From positions 18,621-82,620 of the forward strand of contig JAVBQA010000018.1 of assembly GCA_031549325.1 (NCBI GenBank): a stretch of 64,000 nt of DNA, given 5' to 3'. Positions 1-7,795 of the stretch are shown here, piece by piece. The notes under the pieces are model-generated. The model searched no databases. It was not told where the DNA came from and saw only the letters and a list, made by a program, of their open reading frames with translations. Numbering within the stretch: position 1 is the stretch's first letter; each line of letters begins with the position of its first letter. A program made the translations under genes and the position numbers. The DNA is from Eubacteriales bacterium. GTDB taxonomy: Bacteria; Bacillota; Clostridia; Christensenellales; Aristaeellaceae.

Positions 1-853
1 CGCCCTGCACGCACTGAAGGTTCGCGCGGATGTTCTTCTCGCTGCCCGAAAACGGGATCGGAATCGCGCCCTTCTGCACCGCCCATTTCAGGCACACCAT
101 GGCCGGGTGGATCGAGCGCGCCCGCGCCACCTGCAGCACCTCGGGCAGCTCGGTGTCGGCCACGTCCTCGGGTGAGCGGTCGCGCTCCGGGCGGTTGGGG
201 GACCCAAGCGGGCAGAAACCGATCACCTGGATGCCCTGGCCTTGGCAGTAATCAAACAGCTCTTTCTGCTGGAAGGACGGGTGCAGCTCCATCTCGATCA
301 GCGAAGGTTTCACGCCGCAGCGCGGCAGCACCGCCTCCAGCTTGCTGATGGTCATGTTGCTCATGCCGAGGTGTCTGGCCAGCCCCTGCGCGTGCATCGC
401 TTCGAGCTCGCGCCACACGTCCATGAACTCGTCCGCAGAAAACGGCCTGCTGTCCGGGTTTCTGCTGTCGCCGTCGCAGCCGGGGGCATGGTAGTTGGGA
501 AAGGGCCAGTGCACGAAGTAAGCGTCCACATACGTGAGCCGCAGATCCCGCAGCGAGCCCTGCAGCGCCAGCGTGGGCCTGCCCGCGCCGTGCTGGTCGT
601 TCCAGACCTTGCTGGTCACGAAAATGTCCTCGCGGCGCACCTTGCCGCTGCGGAAGGCCGCGTCAAACACCTCGCCGATCTCGCGCTCGTTGCCGTACAC
701 CTGCGCGCAGTCGAACAGCCGGTAGCCCGTGTCGATGGCCATGGAGACGGCGGCTTGCACCTGCCGGGCGCTGTAGTGATCCGAGCCAAACGTGCCAAAG
801 CCGATGACGGGGATTTCGGCGCTCCCGCCCGGCAGCCTGAACGTGTTCATCAT
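1..853 (-). CDS. aldo/keto reductase; C-terminal end runs off the window
   Basis: Not in the ORF track because it has no stop in the window. Hand translation of the minus strand from ATG 853 gives MMNTFRLPGGSAEIPVIGFGTFGSDHYSARQVQAAVSMAIDTGYRLFDCAQVYGNEREIGEVFD, and the frame is still open at base 2 (..IPFSGSEKNIRANLQCVQG). AKR signatures IGFGT and DxAxxYxNE are present. ATGA overlap with the stop of the upstream ADH gene. Confidence 0.85.
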   Translation of the reverse strand, partial: MMNTFRLPGGSAEIPVIGFGTFGSDHYSARQVQAAVSMAIDTGYRLFDCAQVYGNEREIGEVFDAAFRSGKVRREDIFVTSKVWNDQHGAGRPTLALQGSLRDLRLTYVDAYFVHWPFPNYHAPGCDGDSRNPDSRPFSADEFMDVWRELEAMHAQGLARHLGMSNMTISKLEAVLPRCGVKPSLIEMELHPSFQQKELFDYCQGQGIQVIGFCPLGSPNRPERDRSPEDVADTELPEVLQVARARSIHPAMVCLKWAVQKGAIPIPFSGSEKNIRANLQCVQG

Positions 854-1929
854 GCGTTCTCCGTGCCGTCGAACACCACGGCCACCTTGCCGCACTGGCC
901 GCCCGCCATCAGCGCGTAGGCCTTGGGGGCGTCTTCGAGCTTGAAGCGGTGGGTGATCAGGTCCTCCGGGTGCAGACCCCAGCGCACGATGCGCTCGACC
1001 AGGTCCTCCATGCGCCACAGGCTGGTGACCCAGCTGCCGTAGATGGTCTTCTGGCCGTGGATGATGTCGGGCGACGGGTTGAAGTTCACCGTGCCGCCTT
1101 CGCCCACAAACGCGATCTTGCCCCAGGCGCGGGTGGCGCGGATGGCGAGCTGGCGCCCCGCGTCGTTGGCGCTGCAGTCGATCGCCTTCTCGACGCCGTT
1201 GCCGCCGGTCGCCTTCAGAATCTCATCGAGCGTCTGGTCGCCCGGCTTGAACACGTGATCCACCAGCCCAAGCTTCCGGGCCAGCTCAATGCGCTCTTCC
1301 AGCACCTCGACGCCGATCAGCTTGTTCGCGCCCATGGCCTTGGCCAGCATCAGGGTGGCCAGGCCCACCGGGCCCAGGCCCACCACCAGCACCGCGTCGT
1401 TGCCCGAAACGCTGATTTTCTCCAGCGCCTCGTACACCGTGCCAAAGCCGCAGGCCACCTGCGCGCCGTCGCAATAGGTCAGCTCGTCCGGCAGCGCCAC
1501 CAGGTCTTTCTCGTCGCACAGCACGTACTCGGCCATGCCGCCGTCGCGCTGCCAGCCGTAGGCCGCGCGGTGCTCGGAAGAGCAGCTGATCTGGTAGCCC
1601 ATGCGGCAGTCGTGGCACACGCCGCAGCCGCTGATGTGGTAAACGATCACGCGGTCGCCTTTCTTAAACCGCTTCAGGCCCGGGCCCTCTTCAACGACCT
1701 GGCCGCAGGGCTCATGGCCGGCCACCATGCCGGGGATGTAGCCCTCAGCGCCCTTGCCGGTGTGCTCTCTGTAGATACAGCGGATGTCGCTGCCGCAGAT
1801 GGTCGAGGCCATCGTCTTGACGAGTACCTGGCCGTGACCGGGCTTGGGGATGTCAAACTGCTTCATCTCGACGGTCGAGTTGCCCGGGAGGATCGCCCCG
1901 AGCATCTTCCCACAGCATGCTTCACACAT
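850..1929 (-). CDS. zinc-dependent alcohol/polyol dehydrogenase (MDR family)
   Basis: ORF 850..1974. Motifs GHEPCGQVVEEG (catalytic Zn) and CGVCHDCRMGYQISC (structural Zn), plus a GLGPVGL Rossmann motif. Start placed at ATG 1929 (MCEACC..) because GGAGGGG lies 7 nt upstream and the predicted promoter -10 (1970-1975) lies downstream of the first ATG at 1974. Confidence 0.85.
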   Translation of the reverse strand: MCEACCGKMLGAILPGNSTVEMKQFDIPKPGHGQVLVKTMASTICGSDIRCIYREHTGKGAEGYIPGMVAGHEPCGQVVEEGPGLKRFKKGDRVIVYHISGCGVCHDCRMGYQISCSSEHRAAYGWQRDGGMAEYVLCDEKDLVALPDELTYCDGAQVACGFGTVYEALEKISVSGNDAVLVVGLGPVGLATLMLAKAMGANKLIGVEVLEERIELARKLGLVDHVFKPGDQTLDEILKATGGNGVEKAIDCSANDAGRQLAIRATRAWGKIAFVGEGGTVNFNPSPDIIHGQKTIYGSWVTSLWRMEDLVERIVRWGLHPEDLITHRFKLEDAPKAYALMAGGQCGKVAVVFDGTENA

Positions 1930-1969
1930 GATCGTACCCCTCCGTCTATCATCAATAAGATTTGTGTCT

Positions 1970-1999
1970 ATCATATCGCAACATAGCGTGACGTGTCAA
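1970..1999 (-). promoter_or_regulatory. sigma-A type promoter for the ADH-AKR operon
   Basis: Minus strand reads TTGACA (1999-1994), 18-nt spacer, TATGAT (1975-1970). Confidence 0.5.
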
Positions 2000-2015
2000 T
2001 AGGATTTACAACAAA

Positions 2016-2031
2016 AACGAAACGTTTCGTT
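2016..2031. promoter_or_regulatory. perfect 16-bp palindrome; probable LacI-family operator
   Basis: AACGAAACGTTTCGTT is a perfect inverted repeat with the central CG typical of LacI/CcpA-type operators. It lies between the divergent ADH and LacI promoters. Confidence 0.6.
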
Positions 2032-2051
2032 GTGATAATCTCCTGATATTG

Positions 2052-2080
2052 TTGACACAGTGTTGGTGTCATGCTATAGT
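2052..2080 (+). promoter_or_regulatory. sigma-A type promoter for the LacI-family regulator
   Basis: TTGACA (2052-2057), 17-nt spacer, TATAGT (2075-2080). Confidence 0.55.
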
Positions 2081-2124
2081 GTTAACATGTGGGAAACGAA
2101 ACATTTTGCGATGGGGAGACGCGC

Positions 2125-3123
2125 GTGGCCAAGACATACAAGGACATACAGCGGATGACCGGGCTCTCGCTGAGCACGATCAGCAAATACTTCAACGGGG
2201 GCTCCATGCGGCCGGAGAACCGCGTCTCGATTGAGCGCGCCATCACGAAGCTGGACTACCGCATGAATCCCTTCGCCTCGGGGCTGAAGAGCCGCCGCTC
2301 GCGCAAAGTGGGCATTCTGATCCCCGAACTGACCAGCACCCACCACAGCCTGATCACCTCCGAGGTGTGCCAGCACCTGCGCGAGGCGGGCTATGACAGC
2401 GTGGTGTGCGACTGCCATCTGGACCAGGCCATCGAGCGCGACGCGCTTTTGTTTCTGCTGGACAAGATGGTCGACGGCGTGATCACCATCCCGCTGAACC
2501 AGCGCGGCGACCACCTGAAGGAGGCCGCGCGGCGCGAGGTGCCGGTGGTGCTGGTGGACCGGCTGGCGTCCGAGTTCCGCACCGATGCGGTGATCGTGGA
2601 CAATGTGAGCGCGGGCGGCATGGCCGCCGAGGCGCTGCTGGCCCACGGGCACCGGAGGATCGGGCTGATCACGGGGCTGCCGGACATCTACACCATGCGC
2701 GCGCGCGCCCAGGGGTTCCAGAGCGCGCTGATCCAATCGGGCGTCGCGCTGGACCCGGCGCTCACCCGGGAGATCGAGTTCACCGTGGACGGCGGCTACC
2801 AGGCCGCCATGGCGCTGCTCACGATGCGGGAGCCTCCCAGCGCGCTGTTCTGCGCCAACTACGACCTGATGCTGGGCATGATCATGGCGCTGAACGAGCT
2901 GGGGCTTCGGATCTACGAGGACATTTCCGTGGTGGGCATCGACGACCTGACGCTGTCCCGCGTCATCAAGCCCAGACTCACCATGATCATGCAGCCCATG
3001 CAGGAGATCGCCGCCCAGGCGTCCCGCCTGATGATGGAGCGGCTGGAGGGGCCGGTGCCCGGCATCCGCCTGGTGGAGCTGCCCACCGAGCTGATTCAGG
3101 GCGCGTCGATAAAGCGCGTGTGA
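2125..3123 (+). CDS. LacI family transcriptional regulator
   Basis: ORF 2089..3123. N-terminal HTH YKDIQRMTGLSLSTISKYFNG followed by a periplasmic-binding-protein-like sugar-binding fold. GTG 2125 is preferred (GGGGAG 5-6 nt upstream); GTG 2089 would be almost leaderless. Confidence 0.85.
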   Translation: MAKTYKDIQRMTGLSLSTISKYFNGGSMRPENRVSIERAITKLDYRMNPFASGLKSRRSRKVGILIPELTSTHHSLITSEVCQHLREAGYDSVVCDCHLDQAIERDALLFLLDKMVDGVITIPLNQRGDHLKEAARREVPVVLVDRLASEFRTDAVIVDNVSAGGMAAEALLAHGHRRIGLITGLPDIYTMRARAQGFQSALIQSGVALDPALTREIEFTVDGGYQAAMALLTMREPPSALFCANYDLMLGMIMALNELGLRIYEDISVVGIDDLTLSRVIKPRLTMIMQPMQEIAAQASRLMMERLEGPVPGIRLVELPTELIQGASIKRV

Positions 3124-3227
3124 GTCCAATGATCACAGAATGCAGAAGTTCCTGTGAACATTCCCCCTAAACCCTTTACATCGCGTGGGTTTCACGCTAT
3201 AGTGATGAGGGAAATGGGGGGTTCATT

Positions 3228-3683
3228 GTGTACACGGAACAAGATTACACGAAGGCGCGCGCGCTCATGAACAGGCGGCTGCTGTTTTCGTCGGTGTTTC
3301 TGGCGCTGGCCATCGCGTCCCTGGTCTTGGGGCTGCTCATTCGCAACAAAATCCTGATGGTCGCGGGCTGCACGCTTTTTGGCGGGCTGTTTTACTTTGC
3401 GCTGGACATGCTGGCCATGCCCTGCGTGCGCTATGGGCGGTTCCTGCGCGACATCCATGAGGGGCGCTCCCGCAAGATCCAGGCCGGTTTTGTCTCGGTT
3501 TCCGGGCAGCCGCGGCCGCAAAACGGTGTGGCTTTCTACGACGTGCTGGTGCGCGAGGACGGGGCCGACGCCGACCGGTTGCTGTACTACGACGCAAAAA
3601 AGCCGCTGCCCGCGCTGAAGCCCGGCCAACGCCTGGACATCGAATCTTTCGGCAACTACATCATCGCTTTGGGCGAGGCATAA
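3228..3683 (+). CDS. hypothetical membrane protein (two predicted TM helices)
   Basis: 151-aa ORF, GTG start after a G-rich RBS. Hydrophobic stretches LLFSSVFLALAIASLVLGLLI and LMVAGCTLFGGLFYFALDML. G/C-rich third codon positions, consistent with coding. Confidence 0.6.
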   Translation: MYTEQDYTKARALMNRRLLFSSVFLALAIASLVLGLLIRNKILMVAGCTLFGGLFYFALDMLAMPCVRYGRFLRDIHEGRSRKIQAGFVSVSGQPRPQNGVAFYDVLVREDGADADRLLYYDAKKPLPALKPGQRLDIESFGNYIIALGEA

Positions 3684-3718
3684 CGCGCCCGTTTTCCGCG
3701 AAATAGAGGAGCACATTT

Positions 3719-4105
3719 GTGAGCGTTTATCATGTGCTGGTGTGCGTCACCGGCCAAAAATCCTGCGAACGCCAGATCCGCGAGGGCGCAAAGATCGCCA
3801 AGGACATGGGCGGCGAGCTGAGCGTGCTCCACGTGGCGCCGATGGGCGCCGGCATGCTGGGGTACCCCGTCGAGGGCGACGCCATGGAGTATCTGTACAA
3901 GATCTCTTCCGAGTACGGCGCGGACATGACCGTGATGCGCTCGGACGACGTGGTTTCCAGCATCGTTTCGTTCGTGCACAAGGCGGGCGTTACCATCGTG
4001 CTGATGGGCGCTTCCAAGCGAAAGGGCGGGCGCGATTTCGGCTACGAGCTGCAAGCGCGGCTGCCGGGCGTGCTGTTCCAGACGGTCAGCGCGGACGAGG
4101 ACTGA
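3719..4105 (+). CDS. universal stress protein-like (USP/KdpD-type) domain protein
   Basis: 128-aa ORF, AGAGGAG RBS 7 nt before GTG. VLVCVTGQKSCERQIREGAKIA..LSVLHV.. resembles USP-fold N-termini. Family call is tentative. Confidence 0.55.
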   Translation: MSVYHVLVCVTGQKSCERQIREGAKIAKDMGGELSVLHVAPMGAGMLGYPVEGDAMEYLYKISSEYGADMTVMRSDDVVSSIVSFVHKAGVTIVLMGASKRKGGRDFGYELQARLPGVLFQTVSADED

Positions 4106-4202
4106 TTCTTCCTTTTATGCCGCCAATGCCCATTGAACTCTCAGCCGCACATTTTCGTCTTAAGGAAAGACAAAATCGCAATTTGCGCATGAGGTGACAC
4201 AT

Positions 4203-5300
4203 ATGAGGAACAACAACAAACGCCCGCTGAAGCTGGGAGCACTGGCGATGCTGATCGTGCTTGTGTCGGTGATGCTGGTTCCGCAGCTGGGCATGGGGGA
4301 CGCGGCGGCCCCGGCCAGGCCCGACCCCAAGGCGATTTTGGCGCTGGCGGCCGCGCCTGAGGACGGCGAACAGGACGACGAATACATGCTGGAGGAAGAG
4401 GCGCAGGGCGACGACGTCGTCGAAGAGCCCAGCGAAGAGGCCAAGTTCATCGACGACCTGCTGGACGAGATCGACATGCCCGAAAACGCGCTGGACGCCG
4501 TGAACGGCATGACCAACATCCTGCTGATCGGCATCGACGCGCGCCCCAAAGAAAAGACGGGCCGCAGCGACACCATGATCATCGCCACGCTCGACAGCGA
4601 GGGCAACTGCATCAAGCTGACGTCCTTCATGCGCGATCTGTATGTGGAGATCCCGGGCAGGAAGTCCAACCGCATGAACGCGGCCTACGTGTTCGGCGGC
4701 GCGGATCTGCTGAAAAAGACGATCAAGCACAACTTCGGCATCGAGGTGGATTACTATGTGACCGTCAATTTCACCGTGCTGGCCGACCTGATCGACCAGC
4801 TGGGCGGGCTGACGATCAACGTGGAGAAGAAGTACCTGCCCCGCGTGAATGCCGTCATCAAGATGGACAACAAGGTGCTGGGGCAGAAGATCAACACGGG
4901 GCTGGTGAAGGAGCCGGGCGAGCAGGTTCTGACCGGCCGCCAGGCGCAGGCCTACGCGCGCTACCGCTACACCGACCCCAAGGGGGACGCCGGGCGCACC
5001 GCGCGCCAGCGCGAGGTCATCATGAAGATCCTGGACAAGGTCAAGGACAAGAGCCTGATCGAGCTGGGAGAGCTGGCGCTGAAGAACATGGACAAGGTGG
5101 AGACCGACATGTCGCTGGCCGACATGCTGCGCCTGGCCCCGGCGGCGTTCAAGCTGCGCGAGGGCGAGCTGAAGGAGCTGCGCATCCCGGTGGACGGCAG
5201 CTACTCGAGCCAGATGGTGTCGGGCATGGCGGTGCTGGTGCCCAACCGCACCAAGAACAAGAAGGCCGTGGCGGACTTCATCACGGGCAAGGCGGAGTAA
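4203..5300 (+). CDS. LCP (LytR-CpsA-Psr) family cell-envelope phosphotransferase
   Basis: ORF 4194..5300; ATG 4203 follows GAGGTGA. N-terminal TM anchor. LCP core NILLIGIDARPKEKTGRSDTMIIATLD ... NAAYVFGGADLLKKTIKHNFGIEVDYYVTVNF. Confidence 0.85.
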   Translation: MRNNNKRPLKLGALAMLIVLVSVMLVPQLGMGDAAAPARPDPKAILALAAAPEDGEQDDEYMLEEEAQGDDVVEEPSEEAKFIDDLLDEIDMPENALDAVNGMTNILLIGIDARPKEKTGRSDTMIIATLDSEGNCIKLTSFMRDLYVEIPGRKSNRMNAAYVFGGADLLKKTIKHNFGIEVDYYVTVNFTVLADLIDQLGGLTINVEKKYLPRVNAVIKMDNKVLGQKINTGLVKEPGEQVLTGRQAQAYARYRYTDPKGDAGRTARQREVIMKILDKVKDKSLIELGELALKNMDKVETDMSLADMLRLAPAAFKLREGELKELRIPVDGSYSSQMVSGMAVLVPNRTKNKKAVADFITGKAE

Positions 5301-5310
5301 TTGCCGCGAA

Positions 5311-5342
5311 GCAGCCTCCCGGGCCATCCGGGGGCTGCTTTT
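5311..5342 (+). terminator. intrinsic terminator of the LCP gene
   Basis: GCAGCCTCCCGG-gcca-tCCGGGGGCTGC followed by TTTT. Confidence 0.7.
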
Positions 5343-5438
5343 GCGTGGGCGGACGCCGAACAGGTCGCCGCCAACCGTCGGACGGCGGCGGGCCGCCCGC
5401 CCGGGATCAATGACAGGATGGCGGATCATCCGATCCGT

Positions 5439-5560
5439 CAGGCTGTCAAAAAAGCATCCGGCATGCAGGGAGGGAATGTAGAGCTTGCAGGACAGCCAAG
5501 CCCAAGGGGGATTTCGGGGGCCGAAGCCCCGGTCAAAAGACGTAGTATTTTGACAGCCTG
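5439..5560 (-). mobile_element. 122-bp internally deleted, inverted copy of the TIR-bounded repeat (copy A)
   Basis: Starts CAGGCTGTCAAAA and ends TTTTGACAGCCTG. Its left ~95 bp matches the reverse complement of the right part of copy B, and its last ~30 bp matches the reverse complement of copy B's left end. The central hairpin block is missing. Confidence 0.8.
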
Positions 5561-5607
5561 AGCGCCCCTGGCGATTGAGCCAGGGGCGCTGCCGCGTGGA
5601 TGGATGC

Positions 5608-7584
5608 TCAGAACAAGGCCCTGCCCCAGGAGAACACCCGCTGATAGTACCCGGACGTGATCGAGCTGATGATCACCTTCCCGGTGCCGGAGCTCGCATG
5701 GATCGCCTGGCCGTCGCCAAGGTAGATGCCCACATGGTCGCTCAGGTCGCCGTCGCTCACGGTGTTCCAGCACACCAGGTCGCCGCGCACCAGCTGGCTG
5801 AAGCTGATCTTGGTGCCGCAGTTATAGCCCTGCATGTAAGCCGAGTGAGGCAGACTGATGCCCACCTGCTTGTAGGCGTACATGGTAAACCCGGAGCAGT
5901 CGAAGCTGTTCATGCCGGTGGATCCGAACACATACGGTTTGCCCAGCTGCTTCATGGCAGCCGCGATCACGACGTTGGCCTTGCGCTTCTTTTCGGCCGA
6001 TGCGGGCGGCGGCTTGTTGCCGTTGTCGTCATCGTCGTTGTTATTGTTATTGGGGGCGGGCGTGGGCTTCACGCTGGGGGACGGCGTGGCCGTGGGCTGC
6101 GGGTTGTCCGAGGCAGACGGCGCGTCGTTCGAGTACAGGCGGGCCAGCGTCTTTGACCCGGCCTTGCCGTCGGCGGTCAGCCGCGCCTGGCGCTGGAAGG
6201 CCTTCACCGCGTCCGCGGTGGAATCGCCATAGCTGCCGTTGATGCGCGCCTTGAAGTAGCCTTTGGACTTGAGGCGGGTCTGCAGTCGCTTCACCTGGGT
6301 GCCCTTGCTGCCGCCCTTCAACGACGCGGACAGCAGGTTTGACCGGGGCGCGCCGGACGCGAAGAGCGCCTGCTGGGTCTTGTCGTCGGCCTTGCCGGTC
6401 TTCTTGATGTTCGCGGCATCCTGGAACAGCCTCACCGCGGACACGGTGCTCGAGCCGTACTTGGCGGAGGGTACGATGTCCAGGTATCCCAGCGCTTCCA
6501 GCCGCTGCTGCAGCTGCTTGACGGCCTCGCCCTTGGAGCCGGAGCGCAGCGTGCGGTAGCCGGAGGCCGTGGGCTTGGGGGTGGGCGACGGCGTGGGTTT
6601 GGCGGGGGCCACGAACGCGCTTTCCTTCATGTAGCCGTTCTTGCCGTGCAGCCGCACCTTGTACCAGCCGTTGTCGCCCTTGCTGACGACCGTGACCTTG
6701 GTGCCCTTCTTCACCTTGACGCGCTTGGCCGAGGTGGAGGGTTTTTGATACATGTTGGCCGAGACGATGGTCTTCATCGCCTGGGCCGCCTTCTCGGGGG
6801 ACAGCGTGGGCGCGGACGTGGGCGCGGGCGTGGGCGTTAAGCTGGGCGTTAAGCTGGGCGCCGGGGTTTCCAGCGCCGACAGCTTCACAAAGCCGGTGCG
6901 GGCGCCGCTCTTGACCTTCAGCCAGTCGCCCTGCTGTTCCATCACGAGCAGCTTTGCGCCCGCCTTGAGCGAGGTGTTCTTGGCTTTGGTGGAGCGCTTT
7001 TGATAGAGCTTGGACTTCTTTGCCACCTCTTCCTCAAAGGCGCTCTGCCGCATGTAGCCCGATTTGCCGCTCACCTTGACCCGGTACCAGCCGCCTTTTT
7101 GGGACAGCACGCTGACGGCGGTGCCCTCCTCCACGCTGGACGATTTCGAGCTGGTCTTGGCCTTTTTGTACAGCTTTGCGTCCCGCATGGCCAGCATTTG
7201 CTGGGGTTCGGGCGTCTTGGCGGGCTTTTTTGTAGCCTTGGGCGTGGCCTTGGGCTTGGGGGTGGGCTTTGGCTTTTTGGTGGCGTCGGCCGACGGCTGC
7301 GCGGGCGCGCTGAACGCGCTCGACCGCATGTAGCCTTGTTTGCCGGCGACCTTGACCTTTTTCCAGCTGCCGCTGGTGCTGACGACCGTGACCTTTGTGC
7401 CCTTGTCCACGGTTTTCAGCTTTTCCGCGCTGGTCTTTGCGCTCTTATACAGAACCGCACGCTGGACGGTGACCAGGGTGCTCGGTGACTTTTTCTTGGC
7501 CGCAAACGCCGAAGCGGGCGGTTGCAGCACCGTTAGAATCAGCAGCAACGCCATCAGGCGCCTGCCGAAGCGTCGTTCACTCAA
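5608..7584 (-). CDS. secreted NlpC/P60 peptidoglycan endopeptidase with SH3b-like repeats and PG-binding domains
   Basis: ORF 5608..7704. TTG 7584 follows GGAGGGAGGGAGA and is followed by a signal peptide (RRLMALLLILTVLQPPASAFA). Four WYKVK/WLKVK SH3b-like repeats, two PG_binding_1-like repeats (VKQLQQRLEALGY, VKRLQTRLKSKGY), and a C-terminal NlpC/P60 domain (FDCSGFTMYAYKQ ... HVGIYLG). Confidence 0.9.
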   Translation of the reverse strand: MSERRFGRRLMALLLILTVLQPPASAFAAKKKSPSTLVTVQRAVLYKSAKTSAEKLKTVDKGTKVTVVSTSGSWKKVKVAGKQGYMRSSAFSAPAQPSADATKKPKPTPKPKATPKATKKPAKTPEPQQMLAMRDAKLYKKAKTSSKSSSVEEGTAVSVLSQKGGWYRVKVSGKSGYMRQSAFEEEVAKKSKLYQKRSTKAKNTSLKAGAKLLVMEQQGDWLKVKSGARTGFVKLSALETPAPSLTPSLTPTPAPTSAPTLSPEKAAQAMKTIVSANMYQKPSTSAKRVKVKKGTKVTVVSKGDNGWYKVRLHGKNGYMKESAFVAPAKPTPSPTPKPTASGYRTLRSGSKGEAVKQLQQRLEALGYLDIVPSAKYGSSTVSAVRLFQDAANIKKTGKADDKTQQALFASGAPRSNLLSASLKGGSKGTQVKRLQTRLKSKGYFKARINGSYGDSTADAVKAFQRQARLTADGKAGSKTLARLYSNDAPSASDNPQPTATPSPSVKPTPAPNNNNNDDDDNGNKPPPASAEKKRKANVVIAAAMKQLGKPYVFGSTGMNSFDCSGFTMYAYKQVGISLPHSAYMQGYNCGTKISFSQLVRGDLVCWNTVSDGDLSDHVGIYLGDGQAIHASSGTGKVIISSITSGYYQRVFSWGRALF

Positions 7585-7654
7585 GATCGTCTCCCTCCCT
7601 CCAGGGGCGGTTTTGCGCGGATTTCCGGATTGGCAAAATCGCACCAATGAAGGA

Positions 7655-7683
7655 ATTATATCACAAATGAAATCATTTATCAA
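7655..7683 (-). promoter_or_regulatory. sigma-A type promoter of the NlpC/P60 gene
   Basis: Minus strand reads TTGATA (7683-7678), 17-nt spacer, TATAAT (7660-7655). Confidence 0.6.
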
Positions 7684-7726
7684 TAATATGCAATAAATTG
7701 GCAATAATTAACGCGGAAATGCGGCG

Positions 7727-7772
7727 AAAAACCGGCCTGCACGGCGCTTTTCCGCGCCCGCAAGCCGGCCTT
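7727..7772 (-). terminator. intrinsic terminator downstream of hflX
   Basis: The minus strand forms a nested GC hairpin (GGCCGG...GGCGC-ggaaaa-GCGCC...CCGGCC-type) followed by TTTTT. Confidence 0.6.
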
Positions 7773-7795
7773 ATTTTATAAATATTAATGAAATA

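Noticed and set aside
7585-7654. A c-di-AMP (ydaO-type) riboswitch, which is often found upstream of NlpC/P60 cell-wall hydrolases.
   Set aside because: The predicted leader from the TTGATA-17-TATAAT promoter to the TTG start is only about 65 nt. It shows no pseudo-twofold ydaO-like architecture.
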